A stretch of 64,000 nt of DNA, from the NCBI GenBank assembly GCA_030390025.1, contig CM059427.1, positions 62,744,001 to 62,808,000 on the forward strand, in the 5' to 3' direction. Under the pieces are notes generated by a model. The model saw only the letters and a list, made by a program, of their open reading frames with translations, did not search any database and had not been told where the DNA came from. The number at the start of each line of letters is the position of its first letter. The stretch's first letter is position 1. Shown one piece after another: positions 51,178 through 63,182 of the stretch. The stretch is from Squalus acanthias. Lineage: Eukaryota. Made by a program: the position numbers and the translations under genes.

Positions 51178-52060
51178 GGCCGGAATTTTCTTTACCTGGG
51201 TGGGTTGGGTGCGGGCGGTCGCCGTGGCAGGTCGGGACCCCGTTCCTCATTTCACAACCTTCTTCAGAACGACTTTCCCTTAATGAAGCCTATTAAGGCA
51301 GGCCTGTGCATTACCCGGCCCTATTAAATGGTGCACGTCTAATGATGTCATCGATGACTCATTTCCAGCTGGGATATTTAAAGGAGCCTTGGCTACATTG
51401 CATTTGAAGGTTCATCTGGGAGTGTGCAGGCACTATAGTTTATCATTTGGGTCTTGCTAAGCCTTGAACACATGTTTACACAGAGGCAGAGGGCTGCACC
51501 CAGATTCTCCGATGACTCCCTCCATATGCTTGGTCCTCTTCCCTTCTAATGGGCAGAAGAGACCTTCCCAGGAGACAAAAAGAACCTGGCTCCAAATAGC
51601 AGAGGAGGTAAACAGCAGGGATGTGGTGAGGAGGACCTGGGTGCAGTGTCGCAAACATTTCAATGATCTCATTAGATCAGGAAGGGTGAGTAGAAAGCCA
51701 AACTCAACTTCATCCTGCTGTGCCTCTCATCACATCCCCATCACCATGCCTTCCCAACCCTGCTCCTGCACATCCTTACTCACACCAACATACCTTACAC
51801 GTCCACCCATCCCTCCCTCTCTATCTACATTATCACATCCCCATCTCACTAGCCACCCTTCACACTCACCCTCGTCCTAATACAATCATACCAACTAACA
51901 ACACACAAGGAGGCCATTTAGCTTTGGCACCCCACTCCATCACAGTCTCCCTCTAAAGATCTAACATATCCATTCCTTACACTCATTCCATCACTCTCAC
52001 TCAACCTTCTCTTCTTTCCCTCCTTGCAGGAAAAGAGACCCACAATAAGAGGGATAGGGT
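51178..52060 (+). mobile_element. Harbinger transposon left part
   Basis: TIR-like ggccggaatttt followed by a Myb/SANT gene remnant; truncated by a CR1. Confidence 0.75.
51472..52058 (+). pseudogene. Harbinger Myb/SANT-like DNA-binding protein pseudogene (exon 51472-51685, intron 51686-52029)
   Basis: MFTQRQRAAPRFSDDSLHML, frameshift, VLFPSNGQKRPSQETKRTWLQIAEEVNSRDVVRRTWVQCRKHFNDL; donor G|gtgagt; acceptor tccctccttgcag|GAAAAGAGA. Confidence 0.8.
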
Positions 52061-52065
52061 GAGAT

Positions 52066-54585
52066 TTTCACTTTCCTTTGTGTGAAGAAGTGTTTTCTGA
52101 CATCACCCCTGAATGGTCTACCTCTAATTTTAAGGTTATGCCCCCTTGTTCTGGACTCTCCCACCAAAGGAAATAACCTCTCTTTATCTACCCTATCAAA
52201 TCCTTTAATCATCTTAAACACCTCAATTAGATCACTCTTTAATCTTCTATATTCTAGGGAATACAAGCCTGTTCTATGCAACCTGTCCTCATAATTTATC
52301 CTTTTTAGCCCCGGTATCATTCTGGTGAATCTTTGCTGCACCCCCTCCAAGGCAGAACGCAATACTCCAGATGGGAACTAACCAGAGCTCTGTACAGCTT
52401 TAACATAACTTGCACCCCTTTGTATCCCAGCCCTCTTGAGATACAGGCCAACATTCCATTAGCCCTTTTAATTATTTTTTGCACCTGTCCACTAGCTTTT
52501 AGTGATTTCAGTACTTGAATCCGTAAATCTCTCAGCTCATCCACAGTTCCGAGCTTCTCGCCATTTAGAAAATACTCTAATCTATCTTTCTTAGGTTCAA
52601 ATTGGATGACCTCACACTTCCCCACATTGAACTCCATCTACTGTAGGGGGTGGTGGTGTGTGTCAGCTTCACCTCTGACTTCTGAACGGTTCGAATCGCT
52701 CCCACTCCCTTGGTTCTAGACCTTGGACTTATTTGGGGGTTGTGACAAAAGTGCAGCAGACAACTGGTTTTGGTGCAAGAACTTTGATCTTTATTCAAGA
52801 GAGAAAAATACAACACAACAATCTTAACACTCTAATAAAATGGGGAACACTTCAGTACATACGAGGGAAAATCACATTAGGAGAATACCTCACCCCTTCC
52901 AATCCCACTTTACTAGTTAAGTTGGGCCCTAGAGGACCAGGGATAATGCTCACCAAACGAATCCTTGACAGTTGAGCTGGTTCGCGGTTTTGGGGTTCGC
53001 TGTATATGTTGGTTGGTGTCTGCCGTACCCCGGATGCGGTAGAGGACTTCAACTGCGTAGCTGGTCAGTCTTCACGAGTCCGCTGATGCGGTAGGGTGCG
53101 TATTGGATCTATCAGGTGAGTACCCACTTTTCTTTGGTTAGAGGTAGGGTTTAGAGTCTTTTGAGTAAAATTTTACCCAGGGGTAAGTCAGGAGTAGATT
53201 GTAGAGTGGAAACTTTGCGGATCTTCGGTTTTTCTCCGAGTTGGTTTTCGCTGGTCGCGGTGGCCCAATATTGGTGGTAATGCTCGGTTGGTTGTTTCGT
53301 AAGGCCCTTGTTGCCGCGAGGTGTCCAATGGTCACTGAGGCGGTCGCTCTGGTCTTTTCTTGCGTGTCGGCCTACTTCTGGAGCTGTTGGCCTCCTTTGT
53401 TGAACGGTCTTGTTTTCGAGCTGTCGACCTCCTGGCTGGACACGTAACTGCTGAACGGTTGTACTGGAGAGAGCGAGCTCCTTTCTGTTGAGAATGGGCC
53501 TTCAATTATACCAATTGAAGCTTCCTTATCTGCGCGCCAAATCAAATCCCAGTCATTGTAAGATTTTGGCGGGCTCGTTAACAGTAACTTGTTTGTAAAT
53601 GTGTGAAATGGTTTCGGGATGGTTCCATCCTGTCGATCTTCTTGCTTGATTGTAGACAATTGTAGACAATTGTGCTCAGGTTTCGAGTTTCCTGACTGGG
53701 CCTGAGATTTCTATAGAGTGGGTCGAAGTGATCTGTTTTATGCATGGTTTTGATGGGTCCTGTAATTTGGGTGGGGACTGCTCTTCCTCAGGTCTATTGT
53801 TAGGATGTTAATGTTTGATAGGGGCCGATTAACTCCAAGTGAGGTCATGCGGTTCCCCAGACAGTTTGATTAACTCCAATATCCAAACTGTCTTTTACAG
53901 AGGTTGAACCCAACTCCTGTGCAGCCTTTTCTCCCTTACAAATCCAGACATGTCTTTTGAAAAACCAAATCTTGTTTTTTTTGCTCTAAATGTCCTTCGG
54001 TTAGGCCCAATGCATTTCATCACCCTGAAGTAGTTAGAAAAGAGTCCAAAGTCCTTCTCCTTAGGGTATGTCTCCGAGTTTTGGGGGATCTGTGAGATCT
54101 GTGAATTTTGAGAATCTTACAGTACCACAGTTTTGCCCACTCACTTAATCTATCAATGTCCCTTTGCAACTTTCTGCTCACACCTACTCTATTTACTGTG
54201 TCACCTAACTTAGCGTTGTCAGCAAACTTAGATATACAGCTCTCTATTCCTTCATCCAAGTCATTTATAAATATAGTGAAAAGCTGCAGCCGCAATACAT
54301 CTTCCTGGGGACACCACTAGTCACATTCTGCCAATTTGAGTATATACTCATTATCCCTACTCTCTGTTTCCTACCTCCTCACCAATTCCCTATCCAAGCA
54401 AATTGGTTGCCTCCAATTCCATACACTCTCATTTTTGTTAACAGTCTCTTATATGGAACCTTGTTGAATGCCTTCTGGAAGTCCATTTAAATAGCATCCA
54501 TAGACTCTCCCTTATCAACCACGTTAGTTACCTCCTCAAAAAATTCAACTAGGTTTGTTAGTCATGATGTACCCTTTACAAGTCC
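52066..54585 (-). mobile_element. CR1 LINE RT/3' fragment split by a solo LTR
   Basis: ORFs 51997-52362, 52317-52637, 54020-54295 (FINDLDEGIESCISKFADN). Confidence 0.92.
52642..54121 (-). mobile_element. Solo LTR, 1480 bp
   Basis: Plus-strand ends TGTAG...CTTACA; TSD ctac/gtac (one mismatch); minus-strand AATAAA at 52795-52790 and TATAA near 53510. Confidence 0.8.
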
Positions 54586-55799
54586 TCTCTTAGCACTTTG
54601 TTTCTCAGGGTTGATGCCATATTGGAATTATACTCTATGTGGTTTCAGACTCAAGTGGTATGAGTTGGTCTTCCTAAGGGGTCTCGGGCCTTCTGCTCTG
54701 GAGTCACTGCAGGACCAGGTTCCAGAATTGTACTGTCACACGTGCATTGCTGCAGAGAAGAAAATCATAGTATAAAGGTATCCTTAGTTACTATGGGCAA
54801 CAAATGCACCAGGACTTAACAATTTACAAGACTATGCGTAGTTTTAGAACAATGTAAAGAGTAAGTTGTTCACTTAATGGGAAATCATTGCTTCATCACT
54901 CAATATACTGTTCCACCCATATCAAATGCCCTTGGCCACAGCACTGTATTATATAACAGTCAAACCACCAATGCTTTTTTGATTTTTCCACTTCTCCTTT
55001 CACTGTTAGTGTTAAGCAGATTCTCTGTAAGTTTTTATAGCTCATTTGTTCCAAATTTGTTTCTCTGACATGAGTGAGGTGTCACAAAGCCTGCTATGTT
55101 CAGATGTTTCAGTTCATCCGTCCCAGTTTGAAGCATTTTCATCATCTCTTTATGGTAAGCATAACCCACCCCCGCACCCCCACCCCCACCCCCATTCCCC
55201 CATTCCCCACCCCCATCCCCCATTCCCCACCACCCTCCTGAATGAAATGGATATCGCTTTGGACTCAAAGCTGTAATACGAATAAACAATTAAGCATTTT
55301 TAGTGTAAAGTAAAACTGCTGCAGTTCTGCAGAATTTCATTATCATTCAACAGCTTATTTTGTAGACTGTCATCTCATTAATATATTAATTTCTGGTAAA
55401 ACAAGTTTTAGCTGTCTGGCGCAGGAGACTGCTGGTGTTAGATAACTGCTTATAATAGAATAAAGATGTTAATTCCCGCCAGCAACATAGTTTTGCACTT
55501 GTAGAAATGTCTTCATTTGGATATTATATAAAATCTAAATTTGTTGATGTCCTATATTCTTCTCTAATTTACAAACGCTTTTGAACACTAATGGTTCAAT
55601 AACCTTTGTCTCAGCATCTTCAGGAGATGACAAATCTGAAGATGGACTGTAAGAATAACTCAAACATGAAGATTATTTCCACATCGAAAAGGAAAAACAT
55701 TAAAAAGCTTTAACAATTCTGATCCTTTACTGAAAGAGGTTCCTAGAAACATGAGGGAAGAATTGCTCTGGTTTGCTGTGTGTTGTGATATTGTAAACA

Positions 55800-56280
55800 A
55801 AAACATAACAACAACAACGTGCATATACATAAAGCCTTTAACATATAAAAACAACCCGATGTGCTTTACAGAGAAAGATGCCAAGCCAAAGAAGGAGCTG
55901 TTTGGAAGGGTGACCAAAAGCCTAGCCAAATAAATATGTTTTAAGGAGGGTCTTGTAGGAAGAGCGGGAGCTACAGAGGTTTAGGGGTTTAGGGAAGGAA
56001 TTCCAAAGAGTGGACCCAGGCAGCTGACAGCACGATCGCCAATGGTGGACCGAAGGGAAAGGCAGGGTGCCCAAGAGGCCAAAGTCAGAGAAATGGAGGA
56101 TTCGAAACAGGAGGAGGGTTGTAGGATTGGAGGAGGTTACGGAGTTTGGCAGAGGTGAGGCCATGGAGGAATTTAAACACAACGGTAAGAATTTAAAATT
56201 TGGGGCATTGGGTACCAATGTAGGTTAGCAAAGATAGGGATGATGGGAGAGTGTGACTTGATGTAGAATAGGATACAGAC
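55800..56280 (-). mobile_element. L2 3' fragment
   Basis: ORF 55922-56218 LWNSFPKPL...SSYKTLLKTYLF; (aac)n tail. Confidence 0.8.
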
Positions 56281-56944
56281 TCTTCGAATGTACTCATACA
56301 CGTACTGACCAAACCAATTCTACCCTCCGCTCCATGTTAGTCCAAGTGTCAAAAACCTGGTAGCTGTGTAGATTGCTGGGAAACTTACTTTGGAAGATGT
56401 TGCTGATGCAATATTGTGTTTATTACTAAAATTATATTTGGTTATTTACCCTGATTACTGAGCTCTGGTCAATAATATTCATCTAAGCAGTTCATTGGAA
56501 AGTAAATGAGCATCATTGATAATTTTACCAAAACACATTTCCTGAAGTTATGAAATGGTCCAGGGAACAAGAAAGGTTTTCAGAATCCAGGTGCGTCATT
56601 ACCGAAAAATTACACACGACATTCTTTGTGGTAAATGAGATTTAATTGATGTACCAAATAAACCCTGCAGCAATGGTTCAATTCTAGTGTTACACAAACT
56701 TTACATCCGTTTATTAACTGTTGCAACACTTAAAGCTATTGAATGAAATTATATTTTACAATTTGACAAATTATGGGGTAGATTTTATGAATTAGCACTC
56801 CCGGCTCAGAGCTGTACATGACAGGGAGTGCATATCAGGACTGCCGGCACAGAAATGGTGAGGGGGCCTGCTGATCTCCACACCCATATTCTCAATAAGC
56901 ACTCCCATCGTGTGAAGCTCAGTGTCTAAAGCTCTGATTAGTAA

Positions 56945-57215
56945 GATTCATAGAATCATGGAATCACAAACAACAGAAGGAGGCCATTCGGCCCATCGTG
57001 CCTGTACCGGCTCTCTGAAAGAGCTATCCAATTGGTCCCACTCCCCTGCTCTTTCCCTGTAGCCCTGCACATTTTTCCTTTATAAGTATATATCCAATTC
57101 CCTTTTGAAAGTTGATACTTCCTTCCACCACCCTTTTAGGCAGTGCATTCCAGATCATAACAACTCGCTGCATAAAAGAGAAAATCTCCTCATCTCCCCC
57201 CTGGTTCTTTTGCCT
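56945..57215 (-). mobile_element. CR1 3' fragment
   Basis: catagaatcatgg tail plus gaaggaggccattcggcccatcg. Confidence 0.8.
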
Positions 57216-57321
57216 CTATATTTTGTAGACATAAAACGAAAAATAGCAAAACCCTAAATAAAAAGTGCTGAAAAAGAAAGGCAAGTTCACATTTCAGGTA
57301 AAATCCTTCATCAGAAATTGT

Positions 57322-57484
57322 GGGAGTGAATTTCCGCAGGGATTCTCCTGCTCACCCCTGTAACTTTGGCAGAAGAGCCACAAAACCTCAGAAAAAAACA
57401 GCGTAAATGGTGTTTCGGGCTTTTTTCCGGGGTTCCTTGGCTCTTCCATGAAGAACAGAAGAAGCCCTGCAGAAATTCACTCCC
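57322..57484. mobile_element. Harbinger-type MITE, 163 bp
   Basis: TIR gggagtgaatttccgcaggg / ccctgcagaaattcactccc; TSD tgt/tat. Confidence 0.75.
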
Positions 57485-57584
57485 TATTTCTTTGGAACAA
57501 TCTATTCAATCTATTCCTCGTTGTTTTGTTTGAAGACGAGAACAGAGCTTCACTGGTGAATGATTCTATTGAATTTTTTTAAAG

Positions 57585-57955
57585 TAGAATTGCATAGAAT
57601 ATACAGAACAGACAAGTCTGCGCTGGTGTTTATACTCCACACGAGTCTCCTCCCATTCCATCTACCTCATCTCAGCCTTTCACCATATCTTTCGACTCCC
57701 TTTTCTCTCATGTGCTTGTCTAGTTTTCTTTTGAAAGCATCTAAGCTATTTGTCTCACACTTTCTGTCGTAATGAGTTCCACATTCTAACCACTTTCTTA
57801 GAAAAGAAATTTCTCCTTATTTCCCTGTTGGATTTATTAGTAAATATCTTGGATTTATGGCCCCTAGTTTTGGATTCTCCCACAAGTGGAAACATTCTCT
57901 CCACATCCACCCTGTCCAACCCATTCATAATTTTAAAGACCTCTATCAGGTCTCT
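57585..57955 (-). mobile_element. Old CR1 3' fragment
   Basis: Similar to 29724-29995 (ttccacattctaaccact, aagacctctatcaggtc). Confidence 0.75.
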
Positions 57956-58706
57956 TTATCTCTTGAATTTCCTTTTTGGGCAATTGTGCAAACTGGACAC
58001 AACCATGCCTTCTGGAACTCTAAAGAGAGGCTTCACATTGCAAACTCTACATATCTTCCATTGCAAAACAGAGTTTTCAGCTTCCCTGGCAGCATACCCT
58101 TGTGTACTGGCAATTCAAAGTGTATGGGTTAATGCTCCTCAGCATCACACATTTGCCATGTATCAATAAGACACTAAAAAGCAGTGAGGAAAGAAGCAAC
58201 AATTCCAGCAACAGTAAAGAATGTGAAAGGTGAGGTGCATTTGTGGCAAAAATGGGGAAATAGTTGTAGGGAGGGAGGCTCTGAGCGTACACTGACCTGT
58301 TACTGACTGCCATGGGTCAAAATGGATCCAAGTTGACAGACCTGGTGGTGGAAGTTCAGATCAAGTCAACGCTCTGTCATGAATGCAGTAATCTGGTATC
58401 TGAGCCAGACAGGTCCATAGTCATCCAGGACACTGCTGATGATTGACCAGCCAGCCTGAGTCACTAATGGAACCAGTGGAGTAAATTCATCAATGGGGGT
58501 TGGGAGTCTTCCCAATCAGCTTTAGATAACCTTACAAGCCAAAGCCCCAATAAGCAGTGTGGTCCTGACTGCGGAAACAGCAGATAGCCGATTAATGCTC
58601 TGTGCTGTTAGGCTTTATGCTTCCAGCTTATGAAACTCCAGCGATACCCCTGCTTATACTTGGGGGGTCTCTAAGCCATGACTCTTGCTAACCTGCTCCT
58701 AAGCTG

Positions 58707-58936
58707 AAATAAAAACAGAAAATGCTGGAAATACTCAGCAGGTCAGGCAGCATCTGTGGAGAGAGAAACAGAGTTAAAGTTTCAGGTCGATGACCCTTCG
58801 TCAGAACTGGAAAAAATTAGAGATGTAACAAATTTTAAGCAAGTGCAGGGAAAGCAGGGAGGGGGGAGGGAAAGAACAAAAGGGAAGGTCTGTGATAGGA
58901 TGGAAGGCAGGAGTGATTAAATGACAAAGGGTATGT
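58707..58936 (-). mobile_element. PLE family 1 solo pseudo-LTR fragment
   Basis: Reverse complement of ~33420-33650; 10-bp TSD tcctaagctg at 58697-58706 and 58937-58946. Confidence 0.85.
58772..58808 (-). ncRNA. Hammerhead motif copy with mutated stem III (ACUU)
   Basis: Reverse complement reads agttctgacgaagggtcatcgacctgaaactttaact. Confidence 0.6.
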
Positions 58937-59469
58937 TCCTAAGCTGTCTGGACTTAGGTAAGTATATTGCATCTCTTTGGGGAGAGAGTGTGCAGCCCAT
59001 ATCAGGAAAAGCAGAGGCTCTACCTGTATGAATTTCTCAGTAGCTTGGTTTGGAGACTCTTAAACATGGAGATGGGATTCTGTGCATGTTAGACACCCAG
59101 CTGATCAGAAGAAAACAAGCATACAAAATAGAATAGCAAAATAGTTTCATTCTGTCTCAACAAATTTACACGTATGCACTCTCTCTCTCACACACACACA
59201 CATGCATAAAACGCAAGAAATAAACTCCAGTCCTTTTTTTTGAAAGGAAAGCTAATGACTCAGTGATACTGATTCATTTTAAAGACAAATGATAATTGTT
59301 TCCAACACGTACGCAGTTACTGACAAGTGGTCATTGACAAAGCCGTACATGTGATGAGACAGAAACCACATTGATGACAATTCACGGATAATTAAGAGAA
59401 AATGCAACAGATTCATTCATTTTTATTTTACCAGTTTTCTCCATCCTGTCCTCTCCAACAGGCTTTTAA

Positions 59470-59825
59470 ATCCTCGAAGGAATGTGGCTCCATGGTGTCC
59501 ACTATCCTTTGGTATCTCACCCAGGTAGTCCATTGTTCATAAGTGAGCCTGGACTGTGAGCACTGGCAGGTTTTACAGCTTTGGGGGCCTTAACAACTGA
59601 TTTTGTCCTCAATTCATGCATACTTTCAGGAGGGGCCATTGGATCATGATCAGAAGTGATCTCTTTCCCCTTCCCGACCCAGAAGTGCAGTGGCCAATCT
59701 TAATACCCTTATCACCATCCCGGCTGAGGTCATCTAACTCAGCACAGAGTGGAGATCAAACCTGGGACTGTTCTGGTTTGTATGGCTCAGTTATTCACTG
59801 GATAAACTCACTAAGTATTGGAGCC
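59470..59825 (-). mobile_element. Old tRNA-derived SINE (a related fragment lies at 1-150)
   Basis: Minus strand has B-box-like ggtttgatctcc then ctgtgctgagttag; gatcagaag and actcagc(a/g)caga shared with 50-140. Confidence 0.45.
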
Positions 59826-60074
59826 CAGTCCATCCTTTGCTATAATGTTATGTTTTATTGAGGACAATTTTCCCCAAACCTCCTAAAATATTTGAGAGGA
59901 AGAAAGCTAAGTATGTGTGAAAAATCACAAGAAGGCTTAGTTCAGTGCGCAGTATTTAGATATATTATAGCAAATGGAACATCAGAACATTGCGTGCTTA
60001 CTCAGGTACATTTTCTGGGCTCTGAGCTCTCAAATGCTTAGGTTTTAATCACATTGATTCCTGTACTTAGCTGT

Positions 60075-60522
60075 GCCAGCTGTGGCTCAGTGGTAGCACT
60101 CTCATCTGAGTCAGAAGGTTGTGGGTTTAAGTCCCACTCCAGAAACTTGAACACAAAATCTAAGCTGACACTCCAGTGCAGTACTGAGGGAGCGCTGCAC
60201 TGTCGGAGGTGCCGTCTTTCAGATGAGATGTTAAAACGAGGCCCCGTTTGCTCTCTCAGGTGGGCGTAAAAGATCCCATGGCACTATTTGAAGAAGAGCA
60301 GGGGAGTCCTGGCCAATATTTATCCCTCAACCAACATCACTGAAACAGATTATCTGGCCATTATCACATTGCTGTTTGTGGGAGCTTGCTGTGCACAAAT
60401 TGGCTGCTGGGTTTCCTAAATTACAACAGTGACTACACTTCAAAAATAATTAATTGGCTGTAAAGTGCTTTGGGCTGTCCTGAGGTTGTGGAGGGCACTA
60501 TATAAATGCAAGTCATTTTTTT
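60075..60522 (+). mobile_element. Full-length Deu-domain tRNA-SINE (SacSINE1-like)
   Basis: A box tggctcagtggt, B box ggtttaagtccc, Deu core, tail ctatataaatgcaagtc. Confidence 0.88.
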
Positions 60523-62189
60523 TGCACTTGCCCAGGTTACAATTGCACCTTTCTGGTATTTTGATTACTGCTCATGTACTTTCTCACTATGTATCATTTG
60601 CGATACATTTTATGAATGGGAAGAGAAAAATGAAATTATTTGTTGTACAGGATTGAATGTGAACACTTAACAAATCTAGGCCATGCGGGTTAACACGAGG
60701 AGCAGTCTCTCACCTAGTAACACTACTGCACAGTTTTCCTAGATCCCCTGATCAAAGGAGAGGAGTCTAGCGATGTCAGTAAAAAAAAAGTAAGATGAAC
60801 AGATCTGTGTCTACAGCACACAGAGGACTACCACTGAAAGATTCTAATATGTTACTTCAGCTGTATTGGGTAATGCTGGCACCTCAGCTTTTGACTTTGA
60901 TATTGCTTCACTGACCTTCCTTGCTGTAGGATACGTGTCTCTTCAGTCTGGTTCACACACCTCCGCATGCTGTCTGCAGCTGATGCTTACCTGTTAGCAC
61001 AAGCTAGCTTAGTATCTCTCTTACTGCTGCAGGGGAAATAATTTTTTGCAATTATCCAACTCTCAGATCCAAATCAAGTCATGATTAATGGCATGCCCTC
61101 TCCCATCTGTACATGAGAAGGCAGAGCACTTATTAAGGTGTCCATTTTGACAGAAGACTAGTGTTTGATCTCAAGATGACCAACTGCTAGGCTGTGTTGA
61201 TGAAAGCATTTTGCCCAAATAAGAAATATAATGATAGATGATTGCAATCCTAGCCAATAATGTCACAGATGCCTCTATATATTGGCTTTCTATAACTGTT
61301 TTGAGACTAAATCAGACTATCAGAATGGCAAAAAGCAAGTTTAGTTGGTTAATCCAAGAAGTAAGTGGTTTTAGAAAGCCCCTAAGCATTGTAGCTATGT
61401 AGACTAAGAACAATTACTCATTTATCTTCCATTGATATAAATGAAAGTCTGTATAGTGTGACATACAAAAAGACGATATATTGGTTTGTTGTGCTGTGTA
61501 ATTATAAGTCCCTCCAATCTGTTTCTTCTACATGTACAAGCGATTTACTAGAAAGCACTGCAACAATGAGAACAAATAACAGAAATGGTACAATTTAGTG
61601 ACTGGAGGCAGCTATTTTCTTCATAGCGTTTAAATCACTCAGACCAGAAGTACTTAGAGGAAATAGTTTCTCTGGCAATATAGAGGAACACCTCAGAAAG
61701 TGGAAGTAGATTGAGATAATGGCACATCCATTTCTCATTATGAAGGAAACAATGAGTGTGCTGTTCAGGATGAAGCATGAAGCCGATCAATCCATGTATA
61801 TCGTGCTGTACACAAGCCATATTCAGAGAACGTTGATAATTGATTTAACAGCTATAACCTAGTAATTACTTTTGGAGATATTTGTAGATGATGACATGCA
61901 CATGATGATGATGAATTCACATAACATTCCTTTGTCCATTATTTTAGCTGGGGTCTTACTCCATATAAAATGAACAGGTTAGTGCCTGCATCCAGTGGGC
62001 AGAGGAATGTCATACAGACGTGTTTAGTATTGTCCAATAATACTACTAACAGCAATTTCTAGGCCTGTATTTATTAATGATAAATAACAGTTTAATACTT
62101 TGCATTGCTTACCAACAAAATAAGACTTCAGGAATGTTGGAACTGTAAATGAATTATAACAGGCAAATTTTCAAATAATCGCTCCTGAA

Positions 62190-62340
62190 AACTTACCTCT
62201 TTGACCAACTTTTGGTCATCTGCCCTAATTTCTCCTTATGTGGCTCGGTGCCAAATTTTGTTTTATAACGCTCCTGTGAAGTGCCTTGGGACGTTTTACT
62301 ACGTTAAAGGTGGGGTATAAATACACGTTGTTGGTGTTCT
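62190..62340 (+). mobile_element. L2 3' end fragment
   Basis: acctctttgaccaacttttggtcatctgccctaa...gggacgttttactacgttaaagg. Confidence 0.8.
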
Positions 62341-62671
62341 AATTCATTATTAATAAAAAAAAATTAAAATGGGGCGTCTCTTCTCAGTTATCAGACATGT
62401 TTTTTTATTGACTTTGAAGTCTGGCTCTACCTTAAAAGCTGCATGAAACTTCCCTGGTGTGTGATAGTCTAGTAATAAATGAGAAACCAGCAGCACCAAG
62501 ATGTTCATTATAAGCAGAAAACTATTTCCATCCTGTTACTATACAATAGTAATTTGCTATTGTAAGAGCAGATTTCCTCCAGTATTTAATGGGTGAGCAC
62601 GCTATATTAATCACTACAGTAAATAGGGACAGAGCAATGTACAGGACTAGAAAGGGCTGCTCAGATCCAAT

Positions 62672-63080
62672 GTTTTTTTATTTGTTCATGGGATGTGGGC
62701 GTCGCTGGCAAGGCTGGCATTTATTGCCCATCCCTAATTGACCTTGAGAAGATGCTGGTGAGCTGTCTTCTTGATAATTGAGTGGCAGTTAAGAGTCAAC
62801 CCCATTGCTATGGTTCTGGAGCCACATATAGGCCAGACCGGGGAAGGATGGCAGATTTCCTTCCCTAAAGGATGTTAGTGAACCACTTGGGTTTTTATGA
62901 CAATCATGGTTTGCATGGTCACCATTACTGATACTAACTTTTTATTCCAGATTTATTTATTTAACTGAATTTAAATTCTCCAGCTGCTGTGAGTGGGATT
63001 ATGAATTTATGTCTCCAGATCATTAGTCAAGGCCTCTGGATTATTAGTCCAGTAACATAACCATAATGCTACCATACCAT
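62672..63080 (-). mobile_element. tRNA-derived SINE family B, near full length
   Basis: Minus-strand head ggtagcattatggttatgttactggactaataatccagag; tail nearly identical to the LINE at 10778-10885. Confidence 0.75.
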
Positions 63081-63182
63081 GTTCTAAAGGGCAAAGTTCA
63101 AATCAGAATGCACAGTTTATTACTTATATATCTCTCTCAAATGACTTTTTTGACTCGATGCCTGTCCTGCTCGCTCTTAAAG

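Noticed and set aside
60075-60145. tRNA gene
   Set aside because: tRNA-derived SINE head continuing into a Deu core and tail
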